A stretch of 64,000 nucleotides of DNA from an uncultured Nitrospirota bacterium (GCA_964570625.1 CAZMYW010000006.1:420-64419), one strand, 5' to 3'. Counted from the first letter of the stretch, positions 1-10,786 are shown. A program made the numbers and translations. The notes: a model not told the origin generated them from the letters alone.

Positions 1-1
1 G

Positions 2-1288
2 GGTCATCAGAAATCCCACAACCTGTTTACGCACGCACAGACCCTGATCCCCGGCGGCGTCAACAGCCCGGTCAGAGCGTTTCGTGCGGTCAACCGGACG
101 CCGCCGTTCATTCTGCGCGCCAAGGGCTGCCGGCTGTACGACGTGGATGGACACTCGTATATCGATTACGTGGGCTCGTGGGGGCCCATGATCGTAGGGC
201 ACGCGCACCAGCAGGTCGTCAACGCGATCAAGCGCGCGGCCAATCACGGCACCAGTTACGGCGCGCCCACACCGTTGGAGGTCCGGCTCGCGGAAATGCT
301 GGTGGACGCGGTGCCGTCGCTTGAGATGGTCCGGCTGGTGAGTTCGGGGACGGAGGCGGTGATGAGCGCGATTCGTCTCGCGCGTGCGGCCACCAAGCGG
401 GACAACATCCTCAAATTCGACGGCGGATACCACGGCCACGCGGACAGCCTCCTGGTCAAAGCCGGATCGGGCGTGGCCACGCTCGGACTGCCCGACAGCC
501 CGGGCGTGCCCGAAGATCTGGCCCGGCACACGTTGACCGCTCGGTATAACGATTTGGACGACGTGCGCCGCCTGCTGGAGGCCGCGCCGAGATCCGTGGC
601 CGCGGTGATCGTGGAGCCTATCGCGGGCAACATGGGCGTTGTGCCGCCCATGCCGGGATTCCTCGAAGGACTCCGCGACCTGACCCGAGAGCACGGTGCG
701 CTGTTGATCTTCGACGAAGTGATCAGCGGGTTTCGCGCGGCCTATGGCGGAGCCCAGTCGCTCTACGGAGTTCTCCCCGATCTGACGTGTCTGGGGAAAA
801 TCATCGGCGGCGGACTCCCGGTGGGCGCGTACGGCGGCCGGCGCGACCTGATGCAGATGATCGCGCCGGCCGGGCCCGTGTACCAGGCAGGGACTCTTTC
901 CGGCAACCCATTGGCCGTGAGCGCGGGCATCGCGACCCTCAAACTCCTGCAAAAGCCCAAGGTCTACGAGGTCTTGGAGACGCGCAGCGCTTCGCTCGCG
1001 GATGGCCTGGCCGATGCCGCGAAAACCGCCGGCGTGCCGGTGCAGATCAACCGCGCGGGGTCGGTCCTGACCGTGTTCTTTACCGCCACCCCGGTTCGCG
1101 ACTACGCCACGGCCAAGACCGCGGACACCGCTCGATTCGGACGGTTCTTCTCGGGCATGCTCGACGCCGGGGTCTATCTGCCGCCTTCGCAGTTCGAAGC
1201 GTGGTTCGTATCCATGACGCATACCGGGCGCGAGATCGACCGCACGCTCAAAGCTGCGCGCGCCTCCTTCGCAGGGGTCAGCTCCTAG
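2..1288 (+). CDS. hemL: Glutamate-1-semialdehyde 2,1-aminomutase, 5' end truncated by the window edge
   Basis: The reading frame is open from base 2 (GHQKSHNLF...). The PLP aminotransferase class III pattern is conserved throughout (YIDYVGSWGP, DEVISGFR, GKIIGGGLPVGAYGG). The ORF track shows only the GTG-143 sub-ORF. Confidence 0.9.
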   Translation, partial: GHQKSHNLFTHAQTLIPGGVNSPVRAFRAVNRTPPFILRAKGCRLYDVDGHSYIDYVGSWGPMIVGHAHQQVVNAIKRAANHGTSYGAPTPLEVRLAEMLVDAVPSLEMVRLVSSGTEAVMSAIRLARAATKRDNILKFDGGYHGHADSLLVKAGSGVATLGLPDSPGVPEDLARHTLTARYNDLDDVRRLLEAAPRSVAAVIVEPIAGNMGVVPPMPGFLEGLRDLTREHGALLIFDEVISGFRAAYGGAQSLYGVLPDLTCLGKIIGGGLPVGAYGGRRDLMQMIAPAGPVYQAGTLSGNPLAVSAGIATLKLLQKPKVYEVLETRSASLADGLADAAKTAGVPVQINRAGSVLTVFFTATPVRDYATAKTADTARFGRFFSGMLDAGVYLPPSQFEAWFVSMTHTGREIDRTLKAARASFAGVSS

Positions 1289-1397
1289 TCCTGCGACCCC
1301 TCGGATCGCCGCACCTCGGAGGAGGCGATCAACTGAACCCCCGAAAAGCATTCACAAAATTGACAGCCGGAGGCTTGCCAGATACGTTCATTATTGT

Positions 1398-4289
1398 ATG
1401 GCCGATTCACCGACCCGTCCGCCTTCGCTCCATCCCGACACCACCGGAGCAACGCCTAGTTCCGAAGAGCCCTTGAGGGACGAACGGCCGCCATCCCCAC
1501 CTCGACGTCCGGCCTGGCTCTTGATGTATTTCGTCCTCGCCGGATTTGATCTGCTGACGGTCTTGTTTGGCCTCTATCTCAGCCATCAGACGACCCGGAT
1601 CTACACGGAATCGGTGGCGGTCAACCAGCGGTGGGCCGAGCGACTGGGCAGCTATGACGAGCTCCATCGCCTGGCCGGGTCGGTCAACGCGCCGGGCAAT
1701 AACGTCTTCGATTCCCGTTCGGTCGCGACCGAACGGGCGGAGTTGGAAGCCGCCAGAGCTCGCTTCAGCGAGGCTATCACCGCCGCGGCAAGCGATCTCG
1801 GGAGCGAAGCTCCCTCATCGCTCTCGGATCACCTGTCGGCTGACCTGGAGTCCATTGGCATTTCCGTAGAGAGTATGGTGGCCGAAACCCGACTGATCTT
1901 TATGGCCCTTGAGCGGAAAGAACCGACCAAGGCCGGACAACACATGGCGACCATGGATCGCACGTACGGTCAGGTTCAGGAGGCCTTCGGCCGTCTCAAT
2001 CAACGTGTGCGAGCGATCCAGACTGCGCATTTCCGCGAGCAGATCGCCACGGCGGACAGCATCCGGCGGTACGAGTGGGTGATCGCGGCGCTGGTGTTGC
2101 TCATGGTGGCCGGCGCCACGGCGTACGGCTACTACCTGTTTAAACAGGCCGCTCTCGCGGCCAGGAAGCGAGAACACGCCCAGCGCCTCGACGCCATGCT
2201 GCAGGGCGAACAACGGTTCCGCACCCTGATCGAACACGGCGGCGACATGATCTTGATGCTGGATCGAACCCTGGCGATTCGATACGCCAGCCCCTCCGTC
2301 ACCCGCGTCCTGGGTTTGGAGGCTGAGGCGCTGCTCGGTCGTGGAGCGATGTCGCTGATTCACCCGGAGGAGGTGTCCAGGGTGTCGGAGCAATGCCGCC
2401 GCGCGTTCGACGCGCCGGGATTCCGGTTCTCGGTCGAGTGCCGACTCCAACACGCCGAAGGGTCCTGGCGGACGGTCGAGGTCGTGGGCCACTCTGCGGT
2501 CCACGCGCCGTTCGCCGCCGCGGAAGCTGTCCGGCTCATCCTCAACGCCCGGGACACGACCGAACGGCGAGACGCGATTCGGGCCGTTGAAGTCTCCGAG
2601 CAGCGGTATCGGGGGCTGGTCGAGACCATGCACGAGTTGGTCGCCGAGATGACCCCCGAGGGCACGCTCCGGCTGGTCAACCACGCCTTGTGCGTGGTCA
2701 CAGGGTACCCGGAGTCGGAGGTGATCGGATCGAACTTTTTTTCCTATGTCCACCCGGACGACCTCGCTCAGACCGCCCACCAGTTCGAACGGCTGCGGGA
2801 GCATCGCCAACCGATTCGAAACGCTGAATATCGGTTCCGCAAGCGCGACGGCACCTACCTGCACCTGGCGACCAACAGCGATCCGATCAGCGACGATGAC
2901 GGCCGAGTCAAGGCGGTGGTGCAGGTCTGTTTCGATCTGACTCAACACAAACAGGCCGAGGAAACCATCCGGAGACTCGCCTACCACGATCCCCTCACGC
3001 AACTCCCCAATCGCGCGCTCCTGGTGGAACGCATGGCCCGGACCATCGGCAGCGAACCCCAAGGGGCGCAACCGGTTGCGCTGCTGATCCTGGATCTCGA
3101 TCAGTTCAAAGACATCAACAACACGCTGGGTCACCATCACGGCGATGTCTTGCTCCAGCAACTCGCCGCGCGGCTGGTGGGGCTTGTCCGACAAGCCGAC
3201 ACGGTCGCGCGGTTGGACGGCGACGAATTCGCCATTCTTCTTCCGGAAACCGGCCTGGACGGCGCGCTGCGCGTGGGTGAGAAGATTCGGGCGGCGCTCG
3301 TCGCTCCGTTCGACGTGGAAGCGTTGTCTATGACGGTCGAGGCCAGCATCGGCATCGCCGTCTTTCCAGACCATGCCGCCTCGCCCGACGCCCTGCTGCA
3401 ACGGGCCAACGTCGCGATGGACGCGGCCAAAGAACGCCGGAGCGGTCTGGTCGTATACGCCGCTGAACACGATCACTACAATCCCTGGCGGCTTGCCTTG
3501 ATGGGAGAACTCCGGTTCGCCATTGAACACGAGGAATTGACGCTGTTCTTTCAACCCAAAATCCAGATGGCGACGCGGCGCGTCATCGGGGTAGAAGCGC
3601 TCGTGCGTTGGAAACACCCCCACCGCGGCTTGATCCCGCCCGACGAATTCATTCCACTGGCCGAACAAACCGGCCTCATCCGGCCGTTGACCCGCTGGGT
3701 GCTCACGTCGGCGCGCGCGCACGACGCTCGATTGCGGGAAGCGGGCTACCGGCTCACCATCGCGGTCAACCTCTCCGCTCGAACTCTGCACGACGCGGCG
3801 CTGGTCGACTTCATCGCCACCCTTCTCCACCCGAGCCAACCGTCATGGCTCGAGCTGGAGATCACCGAGAGCGCCATCATGGCCGATCCCGAGCGGGCGC
3901 TGGGCGTTCTCCAGCAACTGCACGACATGCACATCCCGTTGGCGATCGATGATTTTGGAACCGGCTACTCCTCCCTCGCGTATCTGAAGAAACTGCCGGT
4001 CGGCACCATCAAAATCGACAAGTCGTTCGTCAAGAACCTGGCCACGGACGACAGCGACGCCGCGATCGTGCGCTCCACGGTCGAGATGGGACACCACTTG
4101 GGTTTGACGGTCGTCGCCGAAGGGGTCGAGGCAGTTGAGGCGTGGGATCAGTTGGCTGGGCTGGGGTGCGACGCGGCGCAGGGCTACTATATCTGTCGGC
4201 CGATGTCGGATCGGGACCTCGATCAGTGGCTCCGCAACGCGGCCTGGCGGATCGACCGCACGACCGATCGCACACCTCACGCCGCCTAA
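1398..4289 (+). CDS. Membrane sensor protein with PAS domains, a degenerate GGDEF domain and an EAL domain (c-di-GMP phosphodiesterase-type)
   Basis: There is an N-terminal TM segment and two PAS-like regions. The GGDEF signature reads RLDGDEF, so the first Gly is replaced by Asp. The EAL signature is intact (GVEALVRW, DDFGTGYSSL). The true start may be an internal Met near 1523. Confidence 0.85.
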   Translation: MADSPTRPPSLHPDTTGATPSSEEPLRDERPPSPPRRPAWLLMYFVLAGFDLLTVLFGLYLSHQTTRIYTESVAVNQRWAERLGSYDELHRLAGSVNAPGNNVFDSRSVATERAELEAARARFSEAITAAASDLGSEAPSSLSDHLSADLESIGISVESMVAETRLIFMALERKEPTKAGQHMATMDRTYGQVQEAFGRLNQRVRAIQTAHFREQIATADSIRRYEWVIAALVLLMVAGATAYGYYLFKQAALAARKREHAQRLDAMLQGEQRFRTLIEHGGDMILMLDRTLAIRYASPSVTRVLGLEAEALLGRGAMSLIHPEEVSRVSEQCRRAFDAPGFRFSVECRLQHAEGSWRTVEVVGHSAVHAPFAAAEAVRLILNARDTTERRDAIRAVEVSEQRYRGLVETMHELVAEMTPEGTLRLVNHALCVVTGYPESEVIGSNFFSYVHPDDLAQTAHQFERLREHRQPIRNAEYRFRKRDGTYLHLATNSDPISDDDGRVKAVVQVCFDLTQHKQAEETIRRLAYHDPLTQLPNRALLVERMARTIGSEPQGAQPVALLILDLDQFKDINNTLGHHHGDVLLQQLAARLVGLVRQADTVARLDGDEFAILLPETGLDGALRVGEKIRAALVAPFDVEALSMTVEASIGIAVFPDHAASPDALLQRANVAMDAAKERRSGLVVYAAEHDHYNPWRLALMGELRFAIEHEELTLFFQPKIQMATRRVIGVEALVRWKHPHRGLIPPDEFIPLAEQTGLIRPLTRWVLTSARAHDARLREAGYRLTIAVNLSARTLHDAALVDFIATLLHPSQPSWLELEITESAIMADPERALGVLQQLHDMHIPLAIDDFGTGYSSLAYLKKLPVGTIKIDKSFVKNLATDDSDAAIVRSTVEMGHHLGLTVVAEGVEAVEAWDQLAGLGCDAAQGYYICRPMSDRDLDQWLRNAAWRIDRTTDRTPHAA

Positions 4290-4442
4290 CTCGATCCCGT
4301 CGCGGGAACACGAGCACCGCCCCTCTCCCGGACCTCGGACTCTCCCAACACCCGTTCGCCGGTGGCGCGTTTGACAGGTCCCCGACTTGCCGGTACGTTC
4401 ACCTATTGCGCGGGTGCATCGGGTGCACGCGCAATTCCCCCA

Positions 4443-6442
4443 TGAGCCGGATGAACATTCGAGACCTCCGCGTCCGCTCCGTCCTCCTGTGCACCGTCGT
4501 CGCACTGGTGGCGTCGTTGGTCGGTTACGCGACCACGGCCGGCGTCGTCATGTGTGTGATGCTGACCGCCGGTTTGATCGTGATCGGGATTGAGTGGCTG
4601 CTCACCGGACGGATCCGGAGACTGGCCGACGCGGTCGAGCGCTTGTGCAACGACACCGGTCCTGCCACCGGCGGCGCAGGGCCCAAGCGCGACGACCTCG
4701 ATCGGATCAACGAAGCCGCGCACCACTTGGCGACCGTCCTTCGCCAACAACTGGCCGACCAGCACGTCATGGAAACGATTCCCGACGCGCTGTATATCCT
4801 CGACCTCGACGGACGTCTGATCCGATGGAATCATCTGGCGGAGTCCGCGACCGGACGAACACCTGATGAACTGAATCGGATACCGTTTGTCGAACTGATC
4901 GTGTCCGAGGAACGCGAGATCGTCTTCGACGCGGTCCGTCGCGGGGTTGCCGACGGCACGTCGGAGATCGAGGCGCGGCTCCTGCGAAAGGACGGGACCT
5001 CGTTCCCGCTCCACTGGAGTTGCGCGAGCCTGAAGGACAGCCAGGGACACGCTCTCGGACTCGTGGGCATCGGCAGAGACATCACCGACCGCCGACGCGC
5101 CGAAGAGACGATCCGGCAACTCGCCTACTACGATTCGCTCACCACATTGCCCAATCGGGCCATGGTGCATGAGCGGCTCGTACAAGCCGTCCGATCCGGC
5201 GAGCGTCGCCAGACCCCGGTGGCCTTCCTGCTCATGGACCTGAACGACTTCAAGGACGTTAACAACACCCTCGGCCACCACCATGGCGACCTGGTGCTGC
5301 AGCAGATCGGCCCACGCCTTCGCGACATCCTCCGTCAATCGGATACGGTGGCTCGTCTGGGCGGAGACGAATTCGCCCTGGTGTTGCCCGACACCGACTT
5401 GGAGGGCGCGCAGCTCGTCGCGAAGAAAGCGCACCAGGTCCTGGAAACCCCCTTCAACGTCGACGGCTTGAGTATCGGGGTGGAGGCCAGCGTAGGCATC
5501 GCGTTGTTCCCGGATCATGGGACGAGCGCCTCCCTGATCATGCAGCGCGCCGACGTGGCCATGTACGCGGCCAAACGAAGCGGGGGCGGCTCCGCGGTCT
5601 ACTCGGCGGAGCGGGATCACTACAGCCCGAGACGTCTGGCGCTAATGGGAGAGCTGCGGTACGCCATCGAACACAACGAACTCGCGTTGTATTACCAACC
5701 AAAAATTCACATGCAGAGCCGGCGCGTCATCGGTGTGGAGGCGCTGGTGCGCTGGAAACACCCCCACCGAGGCATGATCCCGCCCGACGACTTCATCCCC
5801 TTGGCCGAGCGAAGCGGTTTGATCAGGCCGCTCACCCAGTGGGTGCTCTCCACCGCATTGGATCAAATTCGGCAGTGGGAGCAGGCCGGATTCCAGCTCA
5901 GCGTCGCCGTCAATCTCTCGGCCAGAAATCTGCTGGATGCGCAGCTCCCCGACCATCTGGAGGAACTGCTGCGCGGGACCGGCACGCGGCCCAATCGCCT
6001 CGAATTGGAGATCACCGAGAGCACCATCATGATCGATCCCGTCCGCGCGTTGGACATCTTGACCAGACTGCACGGCATGGGCGTCCCGCTGGCGATCGAC
6101 GATTTCGGAACCGGCTACTCCTCCCTGGGGTATCTCAAACGGCTTCCAGTGTCGGCCGTGAAGGTCGACAAGTCTTTCGTCAAGAATATGGAAGCCAATG
6201 ACAACGACGCGGTGATCGTGCGGTCGACCATCGAACTGGCGCACAACCTCGGCTTGCAGGTCATCGCCGAGGGGGTGGAGACCTCCTATCTCTGGGACCG
6301 TCTGGCCGGGTTGGGCTGCGACGCTGCGCAGGGGTACTACATCAGTCAACCGGTGCCGGCCGACGCACTCAGCCGGTGGTTCGTGGACTCGCCATGGGAG
6401 GTGGCGCTGGTGCCACCGGGATCCACGTCCGAGGCCGCGTGA
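4443..6442 (+). CDS. PAS-GGDEF-EAL protein, paralog of the upstream gene, with an intact GGDEF motif
   Basis: The motif ARLGGDEF is intact and the EAL signature is present (GVEALVRW, DDFGTGYSSLGYLK). The C-terminal 450 aa are very similar to the upstream paralog. The start was chosen at ATG 4443 (MSRMNIRDL) to avoid a 148-nt overlap with the upstream gene. Confidence 0.8.
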
Positions 6443-6443
6443 G

Positions 6444-9080
6444 TCAGGCCGATCCGCGGGTTCGCAGCCAGCGCGACAGGGCGTCCATCTGCGCGGCTCT
6501 GAACGCGATCCCGACGTCGATAAATTCCAAGGTTTGAACGAGCGCTCTGGCCGCGGACTCCACACGGTTGGCGGGGTCGGTGAAAAACGCGGCGACGTCG
6601 CTCCGCCACTCCTCCCGCCACAAACCTCGAGTGGCCTGGATGATGCGGCTCGCGCCCACCGGACCGATCGTTTCGCGCAGCCGACCCCAGTGTGTTTTCA
6701 GAAACGCCCACGTCGGATCCTGGGCCGCGGGTCGTGCGAGCAACACGCGAAACGGCTTCCACGCGTCCTGGCCGCGTACCTCGCCCGAGAGCAGCCACGC
6801 CAGCAGTCGCCGGACCAGATGCGGGTGAGGAAACTCGGCCAGCGCGGCAAGAAACCGATCGCGATCCTCGGGCGTGACCGCCCGTTGCCAACACGCCAGA
6901 TACGCGTCGAACCGCGCCTCGTCCCCAAACCGGGCGCCCAGCCGCACCACGGTAGACGCGAGCGTGGGATCGAGTGACGACGCGTCCTTGAGATAGGCGT
7001 CCACCCGGCGATCAAGCTCCCGGCGCACCGCGGGATCAACGACCACTGCGCCCATCAGCCACAGGACCGCGGCGCGCGTCAGGCGAACCTCGTCGTCTTC
7101 CGCCCCCCCGCGCTCCCAGCCCAGCCGGGCCCACAGCGGCGCGGTTACCTCCCCCACCACACCGGCGAACAACGGATGATCCTCCGGAGCAACCAGCCGT
7201 TCCGCCAGGGTGTCGAAGGAGTCTGCCAACGCCTCCACGACCACGCGCGCCTCGTCTCCCCGACACGCGAGCAGGGTGTCCATCACCGTGTCGATCGGCT
7301 CGTCCCCGGCCTGTGCAGCGCCCCATGCATGACTGAGCAGGCCGAGGCGCTCCGAAGGAGTCAGGTGCGGCAGCCCCGTGGCCAGGAGCGCCTGGCGGAG
7401 CACGGCGTCGTGCTCGACACGGTAGAAGCCCGACTCTCCTCCGTTGGCATACACCCAGTGCACCGATCCGCGTCCGGGCAGCGTGACCGCCACTTCGGGC
7501 CCGTCCACCTGCACGCGATGCGCGTGCGTCCCGGCGTCGTCCTGGTAACGAATGACCGCGGGAATACGCCATCGGCCAGCCACGGGATGACGTCGCCCGT
7601 GAGCCGACCAGCGTCGTTGCTCGAGCGTCACGCGTCGTCGGTCCGATGACGCGGCGCGGACGCTCAACACCGGATAACCCGCCTGGGTCAACCAATCGTG
7701 TGCGAGCGCGCCGACCGGTCGGCCCGACGCGCCTTCAAGGTCACGCCACAGATCGGCGGCCACCGTGTTCGCGAACTGGTGGCGCTTCATGTACGCCCTG
7801 ATCCCCGCCCGAAACGCGTCTTCGCCCAGGAACTGCTCGAACATCCGCAGCACCGCCGCACCCTTCTCGTACGTCAACGGGTCGAACATCGCCTCGATCT
7901 CCGCGGACGAGGCCACCGCTGCCACGATTGGGCGCGAGCTGTCCAGGCTGTCCAAGGCGAGCGGTACCTGTTTTCCGAGCTCGAACTCTTCCCACGACCG
8001 CCACGCGGGGCGCCACTGATCGACGATCTTGCATGCCAGCCACGTGGCGAAGGCCTCGTTGAGCCACAGATCGTCCCACCACGCCATGGTCACGAGATTG
8101 CCGAACCACTGATGGACGATTTCGTGGACGATGACGTTCGCCACCACGCGCTGCGTGGTCGTCGACGTTCGCTGAGGATCCACCAACAATCGCGAGTCCC
8201 GAAAGAAAATCGCGCCCCAGTTCTCCATCGCGCCCATCGCGAAATCCGGCACCGCGATCAGATCCAACTTGGGATACGGGTACGGCAACGCGAAGTAGTC
8301 GTTGAGCAACGGCAGCGTGGCTTCGGTCACGTCGAGCGCAAAATCCGCCAGCGCCAGCTCGTGGGGAAGCGCCCACACCGCCACCTCGGTCCCGGCGATC
8401 AGGCGTCGTCTGGACGCCAACCGCCCCACCGCGATCGCCACCAGGTAGGTGGACATCACCGGCGTTTCGGCGAATCGCACCGTCTTGACCGCTCCGCGGC
8501 TCGTTTCCGACACGGCCGGCATGTTCGACAGAACCGTCAGGTGGCTCGGCGCCGTCACCTCGACGCGAAACGCCGCTTTCAATCCCGGCTCGTCGAAACA
8601 TGGGAAACAGCGCCGCGCGTCGGTCGGCTCGAACTGGGTGAACGCGTACCGCTCCTCCACGCCGTTGACCAGGGCTTTGGCCTGATACAACCCCTTCATC
8701 TGCCGGTTGAGGTCGCCGGAAAACTCGATGTCCAGCGCGGCCTGGCCGGGTGTCAGTGGCTCCGGCAGGGTGAGGGTGAGGCGGGTCGTCGGTGGATCGA
8801 GCGTCACGCCGAGCGGGTGGCTGCGATCCTCGATCCGAAGTTTCGCCGCGTCGATTACCAGGTCTTGCGCGTGGAGCACGATCTCGCGGGTAGACGCGTC
8901 CACGCGAACGGAGATGCTCACCCGACCGGAAAAGCGGCCCTCCTCAGGCCGCACATCCAGGGCCAGATCGTAAGAAATCGGCCGCACCACTACCGGCAAA
9001 CGACCCGAAGATCGATCAACGCTCACGCGATCACCCCGTCGAAACCGGCGTATTATCGCAAAAGGCGTGCACACGCGCAA
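6444..9080 (-). CDS. pepN: Aminopeptidase N (M1 family zinc metallopeptidase)
   Basis: The HEXXH-18-E zinc-binding motif is present (HEIVHQWFGNLVTMAWWDDLWLNEAFATW), with the GAMEN-type region upstream (GAMENWG). It is convergent with the upstream gene with almost no gap. Confidence 0.9.
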   Translation of the reverse strand: MRVCTPFAIIRRFRRGDRVSVDRSSGRLPVVVRPISYDLALDVRPEEGRFSGRVSISVRVDASTREIVLHAQDLVIDAAKLRIEDRSHPLGVTLDPPTTRLTLTLPEPLTPGQAALDIEFSGDLNRQMKGLYQAKALVNGVEERYAFTQFEPTDARRCFPCFDEPGLKAAFRVEVTAPSHLTVLSNMPAVSETSRGAVKTVRFAETPVMSTYLVAIAVGRLASRRRLIAGTEVAVWALPHELALADFALDVTEATLPLLNDYFALPYPYPKLDLIAVPDFAMGAMENWGAIFFRDSRLLVDPQRTSTTTQRVVANVIVHEIVHQWFGNLVTMAWWDDLWLNEAFATWLACKIVDQWRPAWRSWEEFELGKQVPLALDSLDSSRPIVAAVASSAEIEAMFDPLTYEKGAAVLRMFEQFLGEDAFRAGIRAYMKRHQFANTVAADLWRDLEGASGRPVGALAHDWLTQAGYPVLSVRAASSDRRRVTLEQRRWSAHGRRHPVAGRWRIPAVIRYQDDAGTHAHRVQVDGPEVAVTLPGRGSVHWVYANGGESGFYRVEHDAVLRQALLATGLPHLTPSERLGLLSHAWGAAQAGDEPIDTVMDTLLACRGDEARVVVEALADSFDTLAERLVAPEDHPLFAGVVGEVTAPLWARLGWERGGAEDDEVRLTRAAVLWLMGAVVVDPAVRRELDRRVDAYLKDASSLDPTLASTVVRLGARFGDEARFDAYLACWQRAVTPEDRDRFLAALAEFPHPHLVRRLLAWLLSGEVRGQDAWKPFRVLLARPAAQDPTWAFLKTHWGRLRETIGPVGASRIIQATRGLWREEWRSDVAAFFTDPANRVESAARALVQTLEFIDVGIAFRAAQMDALSRWLRTRGSA

Positions 9081-9091
9081 ACGGACGGGTC

Positions 9092-10786
9092 TTGATTGCC
9101 GCGCTGAACTCCCTTAGGATGCTGGCCTACGAAGGTTGGATGACTCACCCGTCACCGGTCTCTCACCCGGGAGGCTTGCACGACATGGCCAACAGCGCAA
9201 CCGTGGTTCCGCGCCTCGGAGACCTGTTATGCGCCCAGGGCGCACTCACCCGCGACGGTGTGGGACGGGGCCTCGACGAGCAACGCCAGCGGGGAGGCCT
9301 GTTGGGCGACCACCTTGTGTCGCTCAAGCTCCTCACCCCTCATGCGCTCTCGACCGCGCTGGCGCGTCAGGCCGACCTTCAACGCGCGGCATATGAAGAC
9401 CTAATTCCCGCGCTGGCCACTGAAGCGGCTCACGGCCGACCCCAGGACAGCGCCGCAGGCGCACCACCGTTAGTGCGTTTGGTCGACGCGCTGTTGACCT
9501 ACGGGGTAATCCGCCAGGCCAGCGACCTGCACGTGGAGCCGGAAGCCGACGCGAGCCTGGCGCGGTATCGCGTCCACGGCCTCCTGACGCGCGCCTTCAC
9601 CCTACCGCGCGCGCTCCACCCCGCGCTGGTGTCTCGACTCAAAATCCTCGCGTCATTGGACATCGCGGAGCGGCGGCTCCCCCAGGATGGCGCGGTCCGT
9701 GGTCGCTACGCGGGCCGGCCCGTGGACCTGCGCGTCGCGTCGCTCCCCAGCCAACACGGCGAGAAAATCGTGATTCGGATTCTGGATCACGCCCGCCAAC
9801 TGCTGAGCCTCGGAGCGCTCGGGTTATCGTCGCACGAAGCCGAAGCGGTCGGCGCGATCCTGACCCGTCGAAAAGGCATCATCCTGGTGACCGGACCCAC
9901 GGGAAGCGGGAAAACCACCACGCTGTATGCCATGCTCAACGCCATTCGAGACGGCACGAGCAATATCGTGACGGTGGAAGATCCAATCGAATATTCGATC
10001 GCCGGAGTCAACCAGGTGCAGGTCCACGCGGAAATCGGATTGACCTTCGCACGCGCGTTGCGGGCCATACTGCGGCAAGACCCCGACGTCATTCTCATCG
10101 GCGAGATCCGCGACGGCGAAACCGCCGAGATCGCGTATCGCGCCGCCATGACCGGGCATCTGGTGCTCTCGACCCTACACACCAACGACGCGGCGGCTAC
10201 CATCGCCCGCTTGACCGACTTGGGGGTGCCGCGTTATCTGGTGGCCGCACACACCGCGGGGATCTTGGCGCAGCGGTTGGTCCGGAAGCTGTGCCAGGTC
10301 TGTCGAGCGCAAGGTCGACCTTCGCCCAGCCACGCGTTGCACCTCGGGCTCTCCGCTGCAGCGGTCGACGACGATCAGGCGTGGGGGCTCCCCACCGGAT
10401 GCGCCGCGTGCCACGGCACCGGATACCAGGGACGCATGAGCCTGTTCGAGTCCCTGCTGCCGTCTCGCGATCTCCGCGAACAGATCGGCGGCGGCGCATC
10501 CGAAGACGCCCTGCGCCTGACCGCGCTCCGATCCGGCATGGTCTCGCTGCTCGCCGCAGGACTGGCCAAGGCACGCGAGGGACTGACGTCGCTGGAAGAA
10601 TTGGGACGCGTGTTGGAGCCGGACGAAGGCGGACCCGCGCTCTGCGACGCGTGCGGCAAGATCCGGCCGGGCCCATCCCCGTTTTGCCCGTTCTGCGGCG
10701 CGCGGGCAGCCGGCGCGTGCACCGGGTGCGGTCGGGGGATAGCGCCGTCGTGGTCCCACTGCGCGTCCTGCGGCACGGCCCGCTGA
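9092..10786 (+). CDS. GspE/PilB-family secretion ATPase with an MshEN-like N-terminal domain and a C-terminal Cys-rich zinc-ribbon extension
   Basis: Walker A is GPTGSGKTTTLYAML and the T2SSE core is present (His box HLVLSTLHTN). An N-terminal tandem RLGDLL...Q / LLGDHLV...ALARQ region resembles the 24-residue MshEN c-di-GMP-binding motifs. The C-terminus carries CDACG...CPFCG...CTGCG...CASCG. The likely start is ATG 9185. Confidence 0.8.
   Translation: MIAALNSLRMLAYEGWMTHPSPVSHPGGLHDMANSATVVPRLGDLLCAQGALTRDGVGRGLDEQRQRGGLLGDHLVSLKLLTPHALSTALARQADLQRAAYEDLIPALATEAAHGRPQDSAAGAPPLVRLVDALLTYGVIRQASDLHVEPEADASLARYRVHGLLTRAFTLPRALHPALVSRLKILASLDIAERRLPQDGAVRGRYAGRPVDLRVASLPSQHGEKIVIRILDHARQLLSLGALGLSSHEAEAVGAILTRRKGIILVTGPTGSGKTTTLYAMLNAIRDGTSNIVTVEDPIEYSIAGVNQVQVHAEIGLTFARALRAILRQDPDVILIGEIRDGETAEIAYRAAMTGHLVLSTLHTNDAAATIARLTDLGVPRYLVAAHTAGILAQRLVRKLCQVCRAQGRPSPSHALHLGLSAAAVDDDQAWGLPTGCAACHGTGYQGRMSLFESLLPSRDLREQIGGGASEDALRLTALRSGMVSLLAAGLAKAREGLTSLEELGRVLEPDEGGPALCDACGKIRPGPSPFCPFCGARAAGACTGCGRGIAPSWSHCASCGTAR

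Noticed and set aside
1815-3839. A 674-aa ORF on the minus strand, antisense to the first GGDEF-EAL gene. Similar long antisense or alternate-frame ORFs occur at 4403-5620, 5642-6565, 7698-9095, 13545-14639, 20372-21943, 55379-56941, 57497-59569 and 60612-62417.
   Set aside because: High GC content suppresses stop codons in non-coding frames. These translations are Arg/Gly/Pro-rich low-complexity strings with no recognisable motifs, and each fully overlaps a gene that has strong family signatures.
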